Program-made: the position numbers and the translations under genes
NCBI GenBank assembly: GCA_036676495.1
Contig: JAKFCT010000054.1
Location: 1-10,114, forward strand
Direction: 5' to 3'
DNA from: Candidatus Sericytochromatia bacterium
GTDB taxonomy: Bacteria; Cyanobacteriota; Sericytochromatia; S15B-MN24; UBA4093
Length of the DNA: 10,114 bases
The notes under the pieces: generated by a model
Databases searched by the model: none
Told to the model about the DNA's origin: nothing
Seen by the model: the letters and a program-made list of their open reading frames with translations, nothing else
Shown: positions 1 to 10,114 of the stretch, piece after piece
Layout: every line of letters starts with the position of its first letter
Numbering within the stretch: position 1 is the stretch's first letter

Positions 1-47
1 GGATCGGGAGCTGGCAGACGCTTGGCGATTTTTCCGCGGCGCGGCAT
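1..47 (-). CDS. rpsG: 30S ribosomal protein S7, 5' end only (runs off the window)
   Basis: Reverse complement from ATG at 47 reads MPRRGKIAKRLPAPD(P), a typical S7 N-terminus. It lies 13 nt after the rpsL stop and has SD GAGGAG at 55-60. Confidence 0.93.
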   Translation of the reverse strand, partial: MPRRGKIAKRLPAPD

Positions 48-54
48 ATCCTAT

Positions 55-60
55 CTCCTC
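55..60 (-). promoter_or_regulatory. Shine-Dalgarno of rpsG
   Basis: GAGGAG immediately after the rpsL TAA, 7 nt before the ATG. Confidence 0.8.
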
Positions 61-465
61 TTACTTCTTCTTGGCGCCGGCAGCGGCCTGGCCGGGCTTG
101 GGACGCTTGGCGCCGTACTTCGAACGGGCCTGCATCCGGTCCTTGACCCCCGCGGTGTCCAGCGACCCACGGACGATGTGATAGCGCACACCGGGCAGGT
201 CCTTGACGCGGCCGCCGCGGATCAGCACCACCGAGTGCTCCTGCAGGTTATGGCCGACACCGGGGATGTAGCTCGTGACCTCGATCTGGTTGGTGAGCTT
301 CACGCGGGCCACCTTGCGCAACGCCGAGTTCGGCTTCTTGGGCGTGGTGGTGTACACGCGGGTGCAGACGCCCCGGCGCTGGGGGCAGGACTGCAGGGCG
401 GGGGACTTGGTCTTGTAGATAACCTTGGCCCGCTCCTTGCGAACCAACTGGCTAATCGTGGGCAA
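61..465 (-). CDS. rpsL: 30S ribosomal protein S12
   Basis: 134 aa with [28 protein letters not shown] and [12 protein letters not shown] motifs. TTG start with SD AGGAGGTG at 471-478. Both streptomycin-site lysines are wild type. Confidence 0.99.
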   Translation of the reverse strand: MPTISQLVRKERAKVIYKTKSPALQSCPQRRGVCTRVYTTTPKKPNSALRKVARVKLTNQIEVTSYIPGVGHNLQEHSVVLIRGGRVKDLPGVRYHIVRGSLDTAGVKDRMQARSKYGAKRPKPGQAAAGAKKK

Positions 466-470
466 CGGAA

Positions 471-478
471 CACCTCCT
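471..478 (-). promoter_or_regulatory. Shine-Dalgarno of rpsL
   Basis: AGGAGGTG 5 nt upstream of the TTG start. Confidence 0.85.
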
Positions 479-526
479 GAGTAAGGATAGTTTAATCCAG
501 TTTTAAAACTAAGTTTGCGATCTACG

Positions 527-556
527 AGTGTACCGGAGCGAGCCGCTGGGAGTCAA
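527..556 (-). promoter_or_regulatory. Putative sigma70-type promoter of the str operon (rpsL-rpsG)
   Basis: -35 TTGACT (556-551), 18-nt spacer, -10 TACACT (532-527), about 60 nt upstream of rpsL. Confidence 0.65.
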
Positions 557-574
557 CCCATGCGACCCGCTCCG
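534..574 (-). other. GC-rich stem-loop in the rpoC 3' UTR, no U-tract
   Basis: Minus-strand RNA CGGAGCG-GGUCGC-A-UGGG [UUGACU] CCCA-GCGGCU-CGCUCCG forms 17 bp with two G-U pairs and one bulge. It starts 7 nt after the rpoC stop. Confidence 0.7.
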
Positions 575-581
575 TGTCTGA

Positions 582-6056
<5,475 letters not shown>

Positions 6057-6068
6057 CGTGTGAGTTTA

Positions 6069-6075
6069 CTCCTTA
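6069..6075 (-). promoter_or_regulatory. Shine-Dalgarno of rpoC
   Basis: TAAGGAG 12 nt upstream of the ATG at 6056. The spacing is somewhat long. Confidence 0.65.
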
Positions 6076-6123
6076 ATCATTGCCTAGCCCCCGAAGGGGG
6101 TCCGATCCTTTGAGGAGGGCTGG

Positions 6124-6151
6124 TGGGCTCTCACCCGGAAGTGAGAGCCCA
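6124..6151. repeat. Perfect 11-bp inverted repeat (stem-loop) in the rpoB-rpoC spacer
   Basis: TGGGCTCTCAC-ccggaa-GTGAGAGCCCA, 7 nt after the rpoB stop. No U-tract follows on the minus strand. Confidence 0.8.
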
Positions 6152-6158
6152 TGACCCT

Positions 6159-9100
6159 TTAGGGGGTCTCCAGGCCGATGCCCTCGGAGAGGATCGGTTT
6201 GAGGAGCTGGGTGCGCAGGCGCTGACGGGGCTCTTCCTCTTCCTCGAAGAGTTCGATCTCCGTGCCTTCCGCGGTGGCGACGTGGATGTCGAGGCAGAGG
6301 CTCTGCAGCTCGCGGATGAGGACCTTGAACGACTCGGGGATGCCGGGCCGCGACAGGTTCTTGCCCTTGACGATCGCCTCGTAGGCCTTGGCGCGGCCGG
6401 GGACGTCGTCCGACTTGATGGTCAGGATCTCCTGGAGGGTGTAGGCGGCGCCGTACGCTTCCAGGGCCCAGACTTCCATTTCTCCGAAGCGCTGACCGCC
6501 GAACTGCGCCTTACCGCCCAGCGGCTGCTGGGTGACGAGCGAGTACGGGCCGGTCGAGCGGGCGTGGATCTTGTCGTCGACCAGGTGGACCAGCTTCATC
6601 ATGTAGATGGTGCCGACGGTGACCGGGCGATCGAAGGCGTCGCCGGTGCGGCCGTCGTAGAGCCGGACCTTGCCGGTGTCGGTCAGCCAGTCGAAGCCGG
6701 ACTTCTCGCGGGCTTCCTGCAGCTTCTCGCGCAAGAGGTCGTCCGAAGCCGTCTCGCCGAACATCTCGTCGAAGGGCGGCACCGCGAAGTGCGTGTCCAG
6801 CAGTTCCGCCGCGCGACCGAGGATGGTCTCGTAGGTCTGGCCGACGTTCATACGGGACGGGACGCCCAGCGGGTTGAGGACGACGTCGACGGGCGTGCCG
6901 TCGGGCAGGTAGGGCATGTCCTCGACCGGCAGGATCTTGGCGACGATACCCTTGTTGCCGTGGCGGCCGGCGATCTTGTCGCCCACCGAGATCTTGCGCT
7001 TCTGCGCGATGTAGACGCGCACGACCATGTTGACGCCGGGCGGCAGCTCGTCGTTCTTCTCGCGGGAGAAGACCTTCACGTCGACGATCCAGCCCTTCTC
7101 GCCGTGCGGAACCCGCAGGGAGGTGTCGCGGACGTCGCGGGCCTTCTCACCGAAGATGGCGCGCAGCAGCTTCTCCTCGGGGGGGTGCTCGGACTCGCCC
7201 TTGGGCGTGACCTTCCCGACCAGGATGTCGTCGGGCTCGACCTCGGCGCCGATCCGGATGATGCCGCGCTCGTCGAGGTCCTTGAGGGCATCCTCGCCGA
7301 CGTTGGGGATCTCGCGGGTGATCTCCTCGTTGCCGAGCTTGGTGGCGCGGGCTTCGATCTCGTACTTCTCGATGTGGATCGAGGTGAAGACGTCGTCCTG
7401 CACGAGGCGGCGGCTGAGGAGGATGGCGTCCTCGTAGTTGTAGCCTTCCCAGGGCATGAACGCGACGGTGATGTTGCGGCCGAGGGCCATTTCACCGTAC
7501 TGGGTGGCGGCGCCGTCCGCGAGGGGCTGGCCGGCCACGACGCGATCGCCCTTCCGGACGATGGGGCGCTGGTTGATGCAGGTGTCCTGGTTGGAGCGCA
7601 GGTACTTGAGGAGCTTGTAGGTGCGGTTCTTGCCCTCGTCCTCGGCGATCACGACCTCGGTGGCCGAGACGCGCGTCACGGTGCCGGGCTTCAGCGCCTT
7701 GGTCACCATGCCCGAGTCCTGGGCCACGCGATCCTCGATGCCGGTGCCGACCCGCGGCCGCTCGGCCTTGAGGAGGGGCACGGCCTGACGCTGCATGTTC
7801 GAACCCATCAGGGCGCGGTTGGCGTCGTCATGCTCGAGGAAGGGGATCATCGCGGCGGCGACCGAGACGATCTGGACCGGGCTCACGCCCACGAGGTCGA
7901 CCTGGTTGGGCTCGGCCTCCAGGAACTCGCTCTTGAAGCGAACCGGAACCTGCTTCTCGGCGAAGGTCTTGTCGGCGTTGAGCTTCACGTCGCCAGGAGC
8001 GACGCGGTAGTCGTCCTCCTCGTCGGCGGTCAGGTAGACGATCTCGTCCGAGACCTTGCCGCCGAGGACCCGCCGGTAGGGGGTCTCGAGGAAGCCGTAG
8101 TCGTTGACGCGGGCATAGGTGGACATCGAGCCGATCAGACCGGCGTTCGGGCCTTCGGGCGTCTCGATGGGGCAGATGCGGCCGTAGTGGGTGGGGTGGA
8201 TGTCGCGGACCGCGAAGCCCGCGCGCTCACGGCTCAAGCCGCCAGGCCCCAGGGTGGAGAGGCGGCGCTTGTGGGTGAGCTCGGCCAGGGGGTTGGTCTG
8301 GTCCATGAACTGCGAGAGCTGCGAGGAGCCGAAGAACTCCTTGATCGCGGCCACGAGGGGCTTGGCGTTCACGAGGTTCTGCGGGGTCAGGGTATCGGCT
8401 TCCTGAATGGTCATGCGCTCGCGGATGATCCGCTCCAGGCGGGTGAGACCCACGCGGAACTGGTTCTGGAGCAATTCTCCCACGGAGCGGATGCGGCGGT
8501 TGCCGAGGTGGTCGATGTCGTCCACCGTGCCGATGTCATGGGTGAGGTTGATCAGGTAGTCGATGGAGGCGACGATGTCCTCCTTGACGAGCACGCGCTC
8601 GGCCTGGGGCACGGAGATGCCCAGCTTCTTGTTCATCTTGTAGCGGCCCACGCGACCGAGGTCGTAGCGCTTGGGGTCGAAGAAGCGGGAGAACAGCACC
8701 GAACGACCCCCCTCGACGGAGGGCATGTCGCCGGGGCGGAGCTTCTTGTAGACCTCGATGAGGGCGTCCTCGACGGTCTGGGTCTTGTCCGCCTCGAGGG
8801 TCTTCTGGAGGTACTCGCGCTGACGGAAGAGATCCAGCATCTCCTGGTTCTGGTAGCCCATCGCGCGCAGCAGGACGGTGGCCAGCAGCTTGCGGGTCTT
8901 GTCGATGCGGACGTAGATGAGATCGTTGACGTCGGTTTCCAGCTTCAGCCAGGCACCCCGGTTGGGGATGATGGTGGCCGAGTAGGTCTTCTTACCCGAG
9001 GGGTCGGTCTCGCGCTTGAAGTACACTCCCGGGGAGCGCACGATCTGGGAGACGATGACGCGCTCGGCACCGTTGATGATGAAGGTGCCGTTCTCGGTCA

Positions 9101-9446
9101 TGACCGGCAGTTCGCCGATGAAGATCTCCTGCTCCTTGACTTCGCCGGTCTCCTTGGTGATGAGGCGGACGGGAATGCGGAGCGGCTTGGAGAACGTGGC
9201 ATCCCGGGCGCGACATTCCTCGACGGTATACTTGGGCTCTCCCAGGGTATAATTGGTCAGGAAGTGAAGCTCGAGACGGTTCGAGTAGTCGACGATCGGC
9301 GAGAAGGAGAGCAGCTCTTCTCTCAAGCCTTCGTCCAGGAACCATTTGAAGGACTGCTTTTGGATCTCGATCAGATCGGGAAGCGAGGCGGAGAGCGAAG
9401 AAGAGCCAGGGTAGACGTTTACCCTTTCACCGGCGTTCTGAGGCAT
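6159..9446 (-). CDS. rpoB: DNA-directed RNA polymerase subunit beta
   Basis: Motifs [48 protein letters not shown] and [19 protein letters not shown]. The frame is open to GTG 9455, but ATG 9446 is favoured because the SD-like TAAGGGTGGTG lies just upstream of it (~1095 aa). Confidence 0.99.
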   Translation of the reverse strand: MPQNAGERVNVYPGSSSLSASLPDLIEIQKQSFKWFLDEGLREELLSFSPIVDYSNRLELHFLTNYTLGEPKYTVEECRARDATFSKPLRIPVRLITKETGEVKEQEIFIGELPVMTENGTFIINGAERVIVSQIVRSPGVYFKRETDPSGKKTYSATIIPNRGAWLKLETDVNDLIYVRIDKTRKLLATVLLRAMGYQNQEMLDLFRQREYLQKTLEADKTQTVEDALIEVYKKLRPGDMPSVEGGRSVLFSRFFDPKRYDLGRVGRYKMNKKLGISVPQAERVLVKEDIVASIDYLINLTHDIGTVDDIDHLGNRRIRSVGELLQNQFRVGLTRLERIIRERMTIQEADTLTPQNLVNAKPLVAAIKEFFGSSQLSQFMDQTNPLAELTHKRRLSTLGPGGLSRERAGFAVRDIHPTHYGRICPIETPEGPNAGLIGSMSTYARVNDYGFLETPYRRVLGGKVSDEIVYLTADEEDDYRVAPGDVKLNADKTFAEKQVPVRFKSEFLEAEPNQVDLVGVSPVQIVSVAAAMIPFLEHDDANRALMGSNMQRQAVPLLKAERPRVGTGIEDRVAQDSGMVTKALKPGTVTRVSATEVVIAEDEGKNRTYKLLKYLRSNQDTCINQRPIVRKGDRVVAGQPLADGAATQYGEMALGRNITVAFMPWEGYNYEDAILLSRRLVQDDVFTSIHIEKYEIEARATKLGNEEITREIPNVGEDALKDLDERGIIRIGAEVEPDDILVGKVTPKGESEHPPEEKLLRAIFGEKARDVRDTSLRVPHGEKGWIVDVKVFSREKNDELPPGVNMVVRVYIAQKRKISVGDKIAGRHGNKGIVAKILPVEDMPYLPDGTPVDVVLNPLGVPSRMNVGQTYETILGRAAELLDTHFAVPPFDEMFGETASDDLLREKLQEAREKSGFDWLTDTGKVRLYDGRTGDAFDRPVTVGTIYMMKLVHLVDDKIHARSTGPYSLVTQQPLGGKAQFGGQRFGEMEVWALEAYGAAYTLQEILTIKSDDVPGRAKAYEAIVKGKNLSRPGIPESFKVLIRELQSLCLDIHVATAEGTEIELFEEEEEPRQRLRTQLLKPILSEGIGLETP

Positions 9447-9582
9447 TGGCACCACCCTTAAGTGTGTTTTTCCGAATCCAGACAGAATTGGGGCCAGATC
9501 GCACCCCTCCCTTTGAGAGGGCGACTAGCCGAGGTTGAGTTGGTCAAATTATAGAATATCCATTCAACAAAATAGATCTGGA

Positions 9583-9612
9583 ATGATACCCCATCTTCCT
9601 CTAAGGAGTCAA
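9583..9612 (-). promoter_or_regulatory. Putative sigma70-type promoter of rpoBC
   Basis: -35 TTGACT (9612-9607), 18-nt spacer, -10 TATCAT (9588-9583). This predicts a leader of about 130 nt. Confidence 0.65.
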
Positions 9613-9659
9613 CGATCGGGGTTTTCGCCTCCTTTCGCCGGGGAAATCGAGAAAAGGTG

Positions 9660-9689
9660 TTGACTCCGGCCGAGCGGTGGAGTTAGGAT
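9660..9689 (+). promoter_or_regulatory. Putative upstream rRNA operon promoter (P1)
   Basis: -35 TTGACT (9660-9665), 18-nt spacer, -10 TAGGAT (9684-9689). Confidence 0.6.
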
Positions 9690-9710
9690 AGCTCTTGTCG
9701 CAGTGAGCGA

Positions 9711-9731
9711 GAGCCGCTGCGGCTCCTTTTT
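9711..9731 (+). terminator. Intrinsic-terminator-like hairpin between P1 and P2
   Basis: GAGCCG-ctg-CGGCTC followed by CTTTTT. Confidence 0.4.
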
Positions 9732-9775
9732 GCCCCAGGGCCTTAACGAAAACAAAACTCGTTTTTAAGAAGGCC

Positions 9776-9804
9776 TTGACACAGCGGGAGCGCTGCGGTA
9801 GAGT
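9776..9804 (+). promoter_or_regulatory. Putative downstream rRNA operon promoter (P2) with UP-like A/T tracts
   Basis: Perfect -35 TTGACA (9776-9781), 17-nt spacer, -10 TAGAGT (9799-9804). A/T tracts at 9743-9768 sit where an UP element would be. Confidence 0.72.
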
Positions 9805-9822
9805 AGGAAATCTGCACCGGGT

Positions 9823-9863
9823 GCCGCTGAGGCGCTTCGGGGCGGTAAGAAGGACCTTGACAA
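9823..9863 (+). promoter_or_regulatory. rrn leader antitermination element (boxB-like hairpin + boxA)
   Basis: Hairpin GCCGCTGAGGCGCTTCGGGGCGGT (9823-9846) followed by GGACCTTGACAA (9852-9863), which resembles the cyanobacterial-type boxA GAACCTTGA(A/C)AA. Confidence 0.65.
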
Positions 9864-9996
9864 CTGGATAGCGAGAAGCCAGACGTGAGTGCGGCTTGTT
9901 TAAGAAATTAGGCAAGACGATATCTCGTCAAGAGAAATAAGTCGAGCCAAAGGATTGACGCCACCTTGCCACGAGCAAAATGGTGTCGAAAAACTC

Positions 9997-10114
9997 TTTA
10001 CGGAGAGTTTGATCCTGGCTCAGGACGAACGCTGGCGGCGTGCTTAACACATGCAAGTCGAACGAGACCTTCGGGTCGAGTGGCGGACGGGTGAGTAACA
10101 CGTAGGTAATCTGC
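9997..10114 (+). rRNA. rrs: 16S ribosomal RNA, 5' end (partial)
   Basis: 27F site AGAGTTTGATCCTGGCTCAG at 10004-10023, followed by GAACGCTGGCGGC, ACACATGCAAGTCGAACG and GGCGGACGGGTGAGTAA. The mature 5' end is estimated from E. coli numbering. Confidence 0.99.

Noticed and set aside
61-96. S12 C-terminal tail [11 protein letters not shown]
   Set aside because: Short Ala/Lys-rich tails on S12 are common and variable, so this is not informative.
22-480. 152-aa plus-strand ORF antisense to rpsL
   Set aside because: In-register shadow of rpsL.
6066-6080. Mini-ORF ATG ATT AAG GAG TAA overlapping the rpoC SD
   Set aside because: Four codons with no SD of its own, most likely a chance by-product of the SD sequence.
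6123-9461. 1112-aa plus-strand ORF antisense to rpoB
   Set aside because: Same in-register shadow effect, and its ends coincide with the rpoB boundaries.
9548-9553. Perfect TATAAT on the minus strand upstream of rpoB
   Set aside because: No -35 at a 16-18 nt spacing and no extended TG. It could be a -10-only promoter, but the sequence alone does not support it.
9601-9915. 104-aa minus-strand ORF in the intergenic region
   Set aside because: It overlaps the rrn promoters and boxA antisense, has no clear SD and resembles no family I recognise.
9857-9960. Extra TTGACA (9857) and TTGACG (9955) as further rrn promoters
   Set aside because: Neither has a properly spaced -10. They are explained as boxA and as a leader hairpin arm.
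9456-9990. Replication origin between the divergent operons
   Set aside because: No TTATCCACA-like boxes with fewer than about 3 mismatches were seen, and there is no clear DUE repeat array.

Overview
High-GC bacterial core-genome region. The minus strand carries rpoB, then a single uninterrupted 1824-aa rpoC, then rpsL and the 5' end of rpsG. A divergently transcribed rRNA operon (two candidate promoters, boxB/boxA, first ~118 nt of 16S) starts on the plus strand. The RNA polymerase looks cyanobacterial: RpoB is compact (~1095 aa) and beta' has a ~640-aa trigger-loop insertion (SI3) with nine recognisable SBHM-like repeats. However, beta' is not split into RpoC1 + RpoC2, and the 16S lacks oxygenic-cyanobacterial signatures. 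I infer a non-photosynthetic sister lineage of Cyanobacteria (Sericytochromatia/Vampirovibrionia-like). The most notable observations are the unsplit beta' with full-size SI3, the head-to-head rrn/rpoBC-str arrangement, and a shared GTTGACTCC, 18-bp-spacer promoter motif at rpoB, rrn P1 and rpsL. No mobile elements, CRISPR arrays or tRNAs were seen.
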